A stretch of DNA of 64,000 nt from a virus (taxonomy: Duplodnaviria > Caudoviricetes). The notes under the pieces are model-generated. The model saw only the letters and a program-made list of their open reading frames with translations, did not search any database and was not told the DNA's origin. The position numbers and the translations under genes are program-made. Positions 1-8,897 of the stretch are shown here, one piece after another (the stretch's first letter is position 1; the number at the start of each line of letters is the position of its first letter). The stretch is taken from the IMG/VR virus record IMGVR_UViG_3300022602_000025. One strand, 5' to 3'.

Positions 1-1054
1 ACATCGTTGAAGCATTAACGCTGTTAGCATACACAGCATAGAATGATCCACCAGGAGATGCGTTACCTAAAGAAATATTTGCACTTGGATTTGGGTTTAC
101 AAATCCTGTATTACCAGTTCCTGTAGTTGCAGAAATGATATTAAAATATTGATTACCATTATTGAGTACATTAATATTAAACTTATTACCATTTACAATA
201 CTAATATTACCTTCAGTACTGTTAGTAATGTGTAATTTCATTACTCCGCCAATACCTAATAACATACCATCATTACTGTTAACTGTTAACGAACCGCTAA
301 AGTTAGACAATTCAGCACGTTGTAAGTAGTCGCCTGCTGAAACAAATGTACTTAAACCAGTAGTAGGACTAGTAGAAACCATTCCTAATGCTGACATAGC
401 GGTACCCCACAGTAAAGTTCCTGTTGGGCTACCAGAATTATTTAAAGAAGCACTAATACCTGCGGCATTAGTACCTGCTAGGTTAATACCTCTATATATT
501 GTGTTGTAGTTTGAATATATACTATCAGTATTGTTAATGCCAAATGCTGCATCTGCTGTAATGCTGATAGGTACGTTGTTAATTTGTGACTCTAATACTA
601 GGTGTGATAATGTATCTGCACCTGTAATCGTTGCAGGAACTACAGCACCTGTAACACTTGATGTAATTGCAGGACCAATCTTAGTCCAGTCATTGCCGTT
701 CCAGGCCCATAATGCGCCAACAGCTTTATCCCACCAAAGGTCGCCTAGGTTAAGACCTGTCGTAGGACGGCTAGCACCATTATCTAAAAATCCAAGACTC
801 TTAAATGATGTGCCAATGTTTACTTTTAATATTTTATTTGAACTATCATACCATACTTCACCTATCAACGGCTTAGTTGGGGGTAAAGGATTTGCAAAAT
901 TTTCTAACAGTTTAACAAAGTTTTCATTGAATACTTGTCCATAGCCTGTGTAGTTTTTACCTACAAAGGTTAAATCTGAACTTGTAACATCAATTTTACC
1001 GTCCTGTACAACAGTTAAAATTATTCCGTTTGTTTTATTGAGTGTATATGGCAT
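1..1054 (-). CDS. Tail fibre/baseplate-associated protein, paralog of the three upstream fibre genes (partial, runs off window start)
   Basis: Not in the ORF track because it is truncated. ATG at 1054 reads MPYTLNKTNGIILTVVQDGKIDVTSSDLTFVGKNYTGYGQVFNENFVKLLENFANPLPPTKPLIGEVWYD, the same N-terminal module as 1069-3144, 3156-5072 and 5077-6969. I checked both ends of the frame by hand and saw no stop. Confidence 0.8.
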   Translation of the reverse strand, partial: MPYTLNKTNGIILTVVQDGKIDVTSSDLTFVGKNYTGYGQVFNENFVKLLENFANPLPPTKPLIGEVWYDSSNKILKVNIGTSFKSLGFLDNGASRPTTGLNLGDLWWDKAVGALWAWNGNDWTKIGPAITSSVTGAVVPATITGADTLSHLVLESQINNVPISITADAAFGINNTDSIYSNYNTIYRGINLAGTNAAGISASLNNSGSPTGTLLWGTAMSALGMVSTSPTTGLSTFVSAGDYLQRAELSNFSGSLTVNSNDGMLLGIGGVMKLHITNSTEGNISIVNGNKFNINVLNNGNQYFNIISATTGTGNTGFVNPNPSANISLGNASPGGSFYAVYANSVNASTM

Positions 1055-1068
1055 AATGTATATTTACG

Positions 1069-3144
1069 TTAAGTCTTAATTATTGGTAATAAGGCAACGT
1101 TCTTAGGACGTGTTTCAGTGCCACCTGTCATACCTGTATAGTATCTACTTTGGTCACTGTCTGTTGCGCTCGATCCAGCAGCTCCATAAGTATTTGGTAC
1201 CTGAGGGAACGGAACTCCACCTTCTGCATATGGATCTTCGTGATGGTGAGCTGCAAACATATCTTCTTGAGTAGAACCAAATGCACGAGCAGGATCTACT
1301 GCACCTCCACTATCCCAACCACGGATAAATTGTCCACGTAGGTCTGGTACATAGAAATAACTTCCGCCGCCGCCGTATGTATAACCAATCTTGCCAAATA
1401 AACCAGGATAATCAATAGTTCTATATGATGTACCATCACATACCAAATATCCAACTGGTGCTGTTTGCATAGCAACATGGAATACTGATCCTGTAGGAAC
1501 AAATTGTAATGTTGTTAATGAATTAGTTAGACTGCTAATGGCTGCATTTAGAGTAGTTACAGCCGCATCTACGTAAACTTTTACAGCACGTTGAGTAGGT
1601 AATCTGTTATCTGAACTAGCAGCTAATGTAGCATCTGTATCAAAAAGATTAATATTTGTATTTGCACTATCAACAATAGTACCAACTGTAGCTGTAGTCG
1701 CTGTTAATGTATTAACTGTAGCGATTCCTACTGACAAACTAGTCATCGTTGCTGAAATAGTCTGTAATGTGTTAGCAAATACTTCCATCCAGGCTTGATT
1801 TGATGCACCTAGATTGTACAAATTGTTTGCATGAGGTAAAATGTGTCCTTGAACATTAGGAGATCCAATAATACCAATTGGAGTGCCACTTGATCCTACG
1901 CTGATATTTTCAGCATACACAGTACTAAAACGCTTAGACGCACTACCTAAATCAGATGATAGATCTGTAATAGGTGCAACGTTTGAACTAGTAGTTAAAT
2001 TCCACAAGCCATCTAATGTACCTGCTGAGAAATTTGATCCTGCACTAACATTAGTTGCATAGATTGTGTTAAATCTGTTAGTAGAAGATCCTAAACCACT
2101 ACCTAAATCAGTAATCGGATACACCGTAGTGTTAACAGCCCAGTTACCTGTAATGGTACTTGTAGTAAGACCAGAATTTAAATCTTTAATATACGCTGAA
2201 CCAAATTTAGCTGTAGATAAACCTAAAGTAACTGTACCGTTACCTAATACAGGATAGAAGCTAGTACCGTTAAATGCTAAACCGTTAACGTTGTTTTGGA
2301 ACTCAACAATACTAGGACTGTTTAAAATTAACGCAGAGCTAGCATCACTGAATGAAATTGTTGATTGAGCCGCATCGCCTACTTGTATTCCAGATGCAAA
2401 TGTCCATGAGTTGTTAATTGTTTCACTAACATTTCTACGTGGATACGAAGTATCTAATTGATCAAGCAATCCTCTGATAACAACATCTGTTGAACTATTA
2501 GAATATCTAGTAGATGTATTATAATTTTTAAGTGTCAATCCTCTATAAACTACAGGAAACCCTGCCACAGCATTAGTAGTTGTATTAACGAATGTTGCTG
2601 TTGACATCACTCCTAACACTTCGTTGTCTAATACAAACTGAACAACGGCATGAGCATTACCTCTATTGTCATTCATTTGTGTTGATGACATTTTAGTTGT
2701 GCCAAATCCTGCAACAGCTTCTGGTCCAATTAATGTTGTTTGGCCTGTGGCTGTAAATGCAAATAGTTGATTGCTAGAACTATTAAACCATAAGTCACCT
2801 GGCTGATGTGCCGATAAAGGTATCCCACCTGCATTTAATAAAGTGTCAGTTGAAGTATTACTGTAAAGTAAAACAGCCAGAGGTCTCCATGTACCGCCAT
2901 CATATACTAATGGACGTAACACATTTGAATTAGTATCGTACCAAATTTGTCCTACTAGTGGATTTCTTGGTTGTGATGATTTAGCAAAATTTTCTAATAG
3001 ATAAACAAAGTTTTCATTTTGGATTGAACCATACCCTGATGTGTTTTTGCCAACCAGCGTCAAAGATGTTGCTGTAGTATCTGCAATACCATCATTTAAT
3101 ACTAGTAATTGTTCGTTGTTTGATTTAAGTAAGGTGTATGCCAT
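1069..3144 (-). CDS. Tail fibre protein with C-terminal phage tail-collar domain
   Basis: 691 aa, Thr/Ser/Gly-rich. C-terminus VPTGSVFHVAMQTAPVGYLVCDG...YPGLFGKIGYTYGG...VPDLRGQFIRGWD...ETRPKNVALLPIIKT matches the tail-collar motif. Shares the N-terminal GKN..GYG...ENF..LLENFA module. Confidence 0.85.
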   Translation of the reverse strand: MAYTLLKSNNEQLLVLNDGIADTTATSLTLVGKNTSGYGSIQNENFVYLLENFAKSSQPRNPLVGQIWYDTNSNVLRPLVYDGGTWRPLAVLLYSNTSTDTLLNAGGIPLSAHQPGDLWFNSSSNQLFAFTATGQTTLIGPEAVAGFGTTKMSSTQMNDNRGNAHAVVQFVLDNEVLGVMSTATFVNTTTNAVAGFPVVYRGLTLKNYNTSTRYSNSSTDVVIRGLLDQLDTSYPRRNVSETINNSWTFASGIQVGDAAQSTISFSDASSALILNSPSIVEFQNNVNGLAFNGTSFYPVLGNGTVTLGLSTAKFGSAYIKDLNSGLTTSTITGNWAVNTTVYPITDLGSGLGSSTNRFNTIYATNVSAGSNFSAGTLDGLWNLTTSSNVAPITDLSSDLGSASKRFSTVYAENISVGSSGTPIGIIGSPNVQGHILPHANNLYNLGASNQAWMEVFANTLQTISATMTSLSVGIATVNTLTATTATVGTIVDSANTNINLFDTDATLAASSDNRLPTQRAVKVYVDAAVTTLNAAISSLTNSLTTLQFVPTGSVFHVAMQTAPVGYLVCDGTSYRTIDYPGLFGKIGYTYGGGGSYFYVPDLRGQFIRGWDSGGAVDPARAFGSTQEDMFAAHHHEDPYAEGGVPFPQVPNTYGAAGSSATDSDQSRYYTGMTGGTETRPKNVALLPIIKT

Positions 3145-3155
3145 TGTTTATCCTT

Positions 3156-5072
3156 TTACCATGTACCGTCTGACCATACAAGGTTGCTTCCTGAAGTACC
3201 TACGTTGTAGTTTACCCACACACCGCCCGATACGATATATTGTTTAACAGCTCTATGTACTCCCATCACATAGGCCGGAATATTAGTTGTTGCTTTTATG
3301 GTTGAAGAATATCCAACAACCGCCGCTGATGTTTGTATACCTGCTTGGTCAACATAAACTGCATTGCCAAGGTCAATGTAATTACTAGATACGTTGTTAA
3401 GTGCAGGAGTAGTTACCTTAGTTACTAATACACGAGCACGACCGTTTTCTGCAATACCATATGGACTTGGATCAGTAGGTGGTAACATGTAGGTCAACAT
3501 TTGAATTACAAATATGTCTAGATTAGGATCGTTTACGCTAGCCGCTTGACCTGTTACGTCAATAGTCGGAGCAAACTGTCCAGAACGTGCAACAGATACC
3601 GCAGAGTCAACATAGCCTTTAGTAGCACCTGTATTCGCTGGATCAGATACAGAAGGCGGAGCCATATTGGTAATTTGTTTACCATTCATGCTTACAGATG
3701 TACTGTTAGCTGTGCCTAAGATTAATGGTGCCGCAGGTACTGATCCAATACCGCTATTGTCAATTTGTGTTGTTCCGGCTACAAGGCTAGTTAACGCACC
3801 AAGGCTAGTAATTCCAGGAGCACTAGTAATTGCATAGCCTAAACTGTTTGCTGTTATTACATCATTGCCTGCAATCTTATAAGTTTTATTATACTGTAGG
3901 TCAATATTTTCTGTAGAAGTCCATGCACCTGTGTTTAGGTACCATAGGAAAGATTTATCTGCATATCCGTGTAGAACGATACCGCCGCCGTTAGCAAATG
4001 TATCATTAACAATCGTTGCTGTACTATATGCCAGTTCAATTAATTTATTATCAACACGTAGATCAACTGTAGTAACATAAGTGCCTGTACCATTAACAGT
4101 TAGGTTACCGTCAATAGTTGCATCGCCCGTTACATGCAACGGAGTCTGTGGTGATGAATTAAACACACCTAAGCGTTCGTTAGTAGAATCAAAATATAGT
4201 CCAGGACGGCCTGATGGTGAATTAAGTTCTAAGGCAAAGTCTTCGTTCGTTCCTTCAATGAACATCGCCGCGACTCTAGAACTTGTATAAGTTGATGTGT
4301 TTACATAAAGTTTGATATCGTTGTTTGTACCAATTTGTATACCAGAGTCATTTGACACTTCCATTGGAACAACAATTTGTGTTAGTCTATTTGTATAAAC
4401 AACGTTGTTAGCACTAATACCACCGATGCTATCTGCAGACGTTGCTGTACCATACCATTTAATTCCGCCAATCGAGCTACCGCTATTATTAACATTGAAA
4501 CCAACATTAACAGATGTCATTCCTAGTGAATCAGGAAACGGTGCAGCAAATGTAAAGGCCGTGTTACTCAATATACCCATCAAACTATTATTTGAGTATA
4601 GGTTAGCAACTGTTTGAGTACCACCTTGGTTATCTTGTATTTGTTCAACTACCCAACCTGACTTACCTAGTGCTGCACTATATGGGCTACCAGTTAAGTA
4701 TACATTACCGTCAGAGCTGATAAATTTAAGTTGTTGTGCAACTGTGTCAATCCACAAGTCGCCAGGAACAAGATTAGTAGGCTGGACAGCACTAATGATA
4801 GGACCGCTTGCTGGTCGGAATTGTTGGAATCCGTTATATACATAAAGACGTTGTTCAACTGTGTTAAACCAAAGCTGACCTTCTAATGGATTAGTAGGTG
4901 CTGTGCTATTAGCAAAATTTTCTAATAAACGAATAAAGTTATCGTTAAGAGCTGTACCATAGGCATTAACATTTTTACCTATTAAGGTTACGCTAGTAGT
5001 AACTGAATCGCTTTGCTGATCAGCTAATGTTAATAAAATTTTACCGTTGGTCAGTTTTAATGTATAGCTCAT
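3156..5072 (-). CDS. Tail fibre/baseplate-associated structural protein (paralog)
   Basis: 638 aa. Shared N-terminal module (LIGKNVNAYGTALNDNFIRLLENFA...PLEGQLWF), beta-rich fibre-like body, no collar domain. Confidence 0.75.
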   Translation of the reverse strand: MSYTLKLTNGKILLTLADQQSDSVTTSVTLIGKNVNAYGTALNDNFIRLLENFANSTAPTNPLEGQLWFNTVEQRLYVYNGFQQFRPASGPIISAVQPTNLVPGDLWIDTVAQQLKFISSDGNVYLTGSPYSAALGKSGWVVEQIQDNQGGTQTVANLYSNNSLMGILSNTAFTFAAPFPDSLGMTSVNVGFNVNNSGSSIGGIKWYGTATSADSIGGISANNVVYTNRLTQIVVPMEVSNDSGIQIGTNNDIKLYVNTSTYTSSRVAAMFIEGTNEDFALELNSPSGRPGLYFDSTNERLGVFNSSPQTPLHVTGDATIDGNLTVNGTGTYVTTVDLRVDNKLIELAYSTATIVNDTFANGGGIVLHGYADKSFLWYLNTGAWTSTENIDLQYNKTYKIAGNDVITANSLGYAITSAPGITSLGALTSLVAGTTQIDNSGIGSVPAAPLILGTANSTSVSMNGKQITNMAPPSVSDPANTGATKGYVDSAVSVARSGQFAPTIDVTGQAASVNDPNLDIFVIQMLTYMLPPTDPSPYGIAENGRARVLVTKVTTPALNNVSSNYIDLGNAVYVDQAGIQTSAAVVGYSSTIKATTNIPAYVMGVHRAVKQYIVSGGVWVNYNVGTSGSNLVWSDGTW

Positions 5073-5076
5073 AGTA

Positions 5077-6969
5077 TTAGGTCTTTATAATATAATAAAT
5101 TGATGGGCCATTTGTAGTGGCTATCGGTGATATGTTCGGAATATTAAATGACGAACCAGACCCACCGTAAGGATATCCAGAAAGACGTAAAACGTTCCAT
5201 AACGCAGGATATTGAGTTTGTGTATATGATCCACCATTACATACTAACCAACCTGCTGAAACAAAATTTGTACTTGTTGCCGCCGCGGAAGATATCACTG
5301 TTCCTGTAGGTACTAACGAACCTGCACCGTATCCTGCACCAGGATCAGTATATCCAACATCAGATAAGAAATTAGCCTTGCTAATTTTTACTAATTGTGC
5401 AGAAGGAGTTTGTGTATATAACATCAAATCGTCGCCGGCATACGCTGTTGAAGTTGATGCTTTTGATGTAATTAATGCTGTAGTTGCTGATGTAGATAGT
5501 CTAACTTGACTACCTGCAGCGCCATTAAATGCGATTGTTGCTGTAGTTGCGATATCGCCAACAGCAGAGAAATTTGTCGATTGTGATAACTGTCTTGCCT
5601 GTGTGGCGATACCAATAAACTGTGCCGCTCCTGGAACGTCACTACCAGCTTGGAATATATAACCGTACACGGTACCAAACGATCCGCTTGCTGTACCAAC
5701 TGATAAAATACCGCCGGACTTATATGGAACTAGTGCAGGGTCGCCTGCATTACTACCTGAGTTACCCACTGTGACAAAACTTCTTACTACGTGTTCGCCA
5801 CCTACAGTAAGTGTACCATAGACTCCGGCATTCTTACCAATGTATGCGCCACCACTTACCTCAAATGCTGGGCCAGCTACTCTTGTTAAATTAGTACCAG
5901 TAAACCCTGTATACGATTCTGAATAATCATCTGTATCAGTTACTGTAAGGAAACCATTGAACTTACCACTACCTGTTACATCAAGTGTTTCAGTAGGATA
6001 ACCAATGTTATTAATACCAACACGTCTAATATCATTTGCGGTGTCTTGTTTAATAATCATTACAGGAACAGTAACTCCTGCAGCGTTTTGTAAATTAAAA
6101 CTAAACTCTCCGTCAGTTGGCCAAACGTTTTTAAAGGCTGCGTTGTATGGAGTAACTGAATTTCGTTCTACAACAAATGTACCATCTGAACCAATACGTA
6201 TTGAGTTAGAGTCTGCCGCTACTGTAAGGGCACCTAACATACGTTGATCAATATCTTTTCTAAGGAAACTATCTGCAGGAACTGTTTGTGCAGACGGAAT
6301 CGATAATTGTAAATTGTATGCTGCGTTAGCTATACCATTAATTTTTGTTGCCGCAGAAACGTTAACACCAGAATAGATTGTTGAGAATCCGCTAATGATT
6401 GGATTTGGTTGCCAATTATCTTCTGTACTAATAATTTCTATCGGACTACCATTCACATAGTTAATAACAACAGTATGTGAATTGTTTGAAATGTCGTTTA
6501 GTGTTGTTGAGTAAGTACCTGTTTTTGAAGTACTTGAATAATTAGGACCAACTAAAGTAAAGTCAGTACCATTGAAAATACTCAACTGGTTGTTGTTTGT
6601 GTCAACCCATATGTCACCGATTCTAGCATTTTGACTTGGATTGGCTCCTGTTTGCCATAGACCGTTGACTGGTGGCCAGTGGTTCGCTCCTAAGCCGGCA
6701 CCATCAAATACACGCAATACAAACTTAGTTGGATCGCTAGTATCATACCATAACTGACCTTGAATTGGATTTAACGGTGATGAAGAACTTGCAAAGTTCT
6801 CCAGCATGTGAACAAAGTTTTCATTAACGGCTTGACCATAACCTGGATAGTTACGACCAACTAGTGTAATACTAGTATTGTTAGTGTTTTCAGTGCCGTC
6901 AGCAACTGTGATAATGTTATTACCAAAATTCTTTGATGGATCAGAAAATAGTATTTGATAACCACTCAT
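5077..6969 (-). CDS. Tail fibre protein with short C-terminal tail-collar-like domain (paralog)
   Basis: 630 aa. Shared N-terminal module (LVGRNYPGYGQAVNENFVHMLENFA...PIQGQLWYD). C-terminus VPTGTVI...GWLVCNGGSY...YPALWNVL...FNIPNI...YYIIKT. Confidence 0.8.
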   Translation of the reverse strand: MSGYQILFSDPSKNFGNNIITVADGTENTNNTSITLVGRNYPGYGQAVNENFVHMLENFASSSSPLNPIQGQLWYDTSDPTKFVLRVFDGAGLGANHWPPVNGLWQTGANPSQNARIGDIWVDTNNNQLSIFNGTDFTLVGPNYSSTSKTGTYSTTLNDISNNSHTVVINYVNGSPIEIISTEDNWQPNPIISGFSTIYSGVNVSAATKINGIANAAYNLQLSIPSAQTVPADSFLRKDIDQRMLGALTVAADSNSIRIGSDGTFVVERNSVTPYNAAFKNVWPTDGEFSFNLQNAAGVTVPVMIIKQDTANDIRRVGINNIGYPTETLDVTGSGKFNGFLTVTDTDDYSESYTGFTGTNLTRVAGPAFEVSGGAYIGKNAGVYGTLTVGGEHVVRSFVTVGNSGSNAGDPALVPYKSGGILSVGTASGSFGTVYGYIFQAGSDVPGAAQFIGIATQARQLSQSTNFSAVGDIATTATIAFNGAAGSQVRLSTSATTALITSKASTSTAYAGDDLMLYTQTPSAQLVKISKANFLSDVGYTDPGAGYGAGSLVPTGTVISSAAATSTNFVSAGWLVCNGGSYTQTQYPALWNVLRLSGYPYGGSGSSFNIPNISPIATTNGPSIYYIIKT

Positions 6970-6971
6970 TG

Positions 6972-7640
6972 TTAGGCTCCGTTAGTAAGACTTTGTATTC
7001 TCACAGTATAGTCAATTTGCAACATTCTGTTTAAAGATTTTTGTACTGGATGGAAAATAACATGAGTTAAAAGCATACCAGTGCCTGGTCCATTAGGACT
7101 ATAAGCACGTAGGCCTAACTCGTCAAATACATAAGAACCGTTTAGGTTAGTAGCGTTATCAAACGCGGCTTGACCTGTTGGCTCGCCAAAGTCCAATAAA
7201 CAACTTACTAAAATATCTGTATATGCTGTACCTGTAATATGTCTAATCTGCATAAAGTTTCTTGCAGGGTCAATATTCAAAATATTGTTTGAGTCAATAT
7301 TCTTAAAATATGTTTGATTGTACAAGTTAGCAGAAAGTCCAACAGCATTCGGAGTTAGGTATGTAATAATTCCTGTTGGATCAATACGACTACCGCCGTT
7401 TCCAAAGCACATTTCTGTGATAAATCCTTGCCCTTGATTGGACATAGATTGTGCCAGACCAATACTAAAATTTTCGTAGTGGATAGCATTACTCTTGTCA
7501 ATAAACACTTCCTTTGTTTCGGGGTCAAAAATCTTAATATGACCACGGATATTCAGGGATCCTTGTTCATTTGGCTGTGCTTCTGGCTGGATTTTTTGTT
7601 GATCTTCAGTCATTTTGTTGTCTTTTGGTTCTTCCATCAT
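6972..7640 (-). CDS. Conserved virion protein, possibly fibre-attachment/baseplate peripheral subunit
   Basis: 222 aa, between fibre genes. Motifs ITEMCFGNGG and FDELGL resemble the fibre N-terminal attachment fold (P2 gpH N-terminus type, ITxMAxGxG...IxExGL). The real start may be the second ATG at 7637. Confidence 0.5.
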   Translation of the reverse strand: MMEEPKDNKMTEDQQKIQPEAQPNEQGSLNIRGHIKIFDPETKEVFIDKSNAIHYENFSIGLAQSMSNQGQGFITEMCFGNGGSRIDPTGIITYLTPNAVGLSANLYNQTYFKNIDSNNILNIDPARNFMQIRHITGTAYTDILVSCLLDFGEPTGQAAFDNATNLNGSYVFDELGLRAYSPNGPGTGMLLTHVIFHPVQKSLNRMLQIDYTVRIQSLTNGA

Positions 7641-7678
7641 ATTATTTATTCGCTTATAAAAGTGAGTAGTTATCCATC

Positions 7679-8896
7679 TTATTTGTAAGTATTCATGCTA
7701 CCCAGCACGAACCAAGCACCGTTTTCTCGCAAAACATCAAAGGAATAAACGCTGTAAGAGTTAGCTGTAGTTACGGGAACTACAGAATTTAGCCAGCTAA
7801 TTGTTGTTGAAATTGTGCTGTTAATAGTAACACCAGTAACAGTACGAGCGGTCGAAGTTTGCTGAACAATAATGTTTACATGGGTACGACTATTTTCTTT
7901 TTCAAATATCTGCAAGTTTGCATTAAAACTTACCATTTGACTTACTGTAGTTGTTGCAGAGCTCGCAGCCGTTGCTGTACTATAGAAGAAGAAATCATTT
8001 ACACCGCTAACGCTTAGATAAGCACTTGCCGTAGTATTAGATACTGCAGCTGTAGCAAATGATGTCGGTAAGTTAGCACTAATAGTTCCGTTGCCAGTAA
8101 CGTTGATCGTACTTCCGTCAGGAATAACACCACCAAGTGTGCTGATTGTAGCAGGAGGCAATGTGTAAAGATTAATTAAACCTTGACTAATTTGCCCTGT
8201 GTAAGTGTTGATAACAATTGAATATCCGTCAACTTTTACACCACCTAAGGTACTTGTAGTTGCTTGAGGTAAGTTATAAAATAGTGTACCAGTACTGTCA
8301 ATCATAATGCCATTGCGGCTATTATCTACTCTAACACCACCCAATGTTGAAGTAGTTGCTGTAGTTAAACTAAACCCAGACAATACACCTGTTAGCGTAT
8401 TAACAAATACTGTTTGATAATCAGGAATCACACCACCTAACGTACCAGTTGTAGCAACAGGTAGTGTATAAGCATTAACTTGAGTTGAGCTAATAATGCC
8501 AGTAGCTGTATTAACAGTAATCGTTACACCGTCAATACGCACACCGCCTAGTTGGCTTGTCGTAGCTGTAACAAGATTTATAATACCTTCAGCATCAACA
8601 TCAAGGCCGTCACCTACGCGAACACCGCCTAGTACATCTCTAGTAGCAGGAAGTAGCGTATATGACGATCCTCCGCCCCCTGGACCGGCAGGGCCTTGGG
8701 GTCCTTGAGGTCCGGTTGGGCCAGCAGGGCCTTGCGGTCCAGTAGCACCAGTAGGGCCAGCAGGTCCAGCAGGTCCCGTCAGTGTGGCTTGTAAGGCCGA
8801 GTAAGTAAGTTTTTTGGTTATACCTTGATCAACAACCACGAACACGCTGTTCGGTTGCATAGTTGATACTATAGGTAATTCCGTAATTTTTGGCAT
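7679..8896 (-). CDS. Collagen-like fibre protein with AT-x(3-4)-LGGV repeats
   Basis: 405 aa. Eleven consecutive Gly-X-Y triplets (GPAGPAGPTGATGPQ...), then six LPxAT..TLGGV-type repeats typical of phage head/tail fibres. Confidence 0.8.
   Translation of the reverse strand: MPKITELPIVSTMQPNSVFVVVDQGITKKLTYSALQATLTGPAGPAGPTGATGPQGPAGPTGPQGPQGPAGPGGGGSSYTLLPATRDVLGGVRVGDGLDVDAEGIINLVTATTSQLGGVRIDGVTITVNTATGIISSTQVNAYTLPVATTGTLGGVIPDYQTVFVNTLTGVLSGFSLTTATTSTLGGVRVDNSRNGIMIDSTGTLFYNLPQATTSTLGGVKVDGYSIVINTYTGQISQGLINLYTLPPATISTLGGVIPDGSTINVTGNGTISANLPTSFATAAVSNTTASAYLSVSGVNDFFFYSTATAASSATTTVSQMVSFNANLQIFEKENSRTHVNIIVQQTSTARTVTGVTINSTISTTISWLNSVVPVTTANSYSVYSFDVLRENGAWFVLGSMNTYK
8678..8776 (-). repeat. 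Collagen Gly-X-Y repeat (11 triplets)
   Basis: GPA GPA GPT GAT GPQ GPA GPT GPQ GPQ GPA GPG, residues 41-73 of 7679-8896. Locally GC-rich DNA. Confidence 0.9.
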
Positions 8897-8897
8897 A

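Noticed and set aside
1069-6969. Diversity-generating retroelement targeting the fibre tips
   Set aside because: There is no reverse transcriptase and no template/variable repeat pair differing at adenines in this window.
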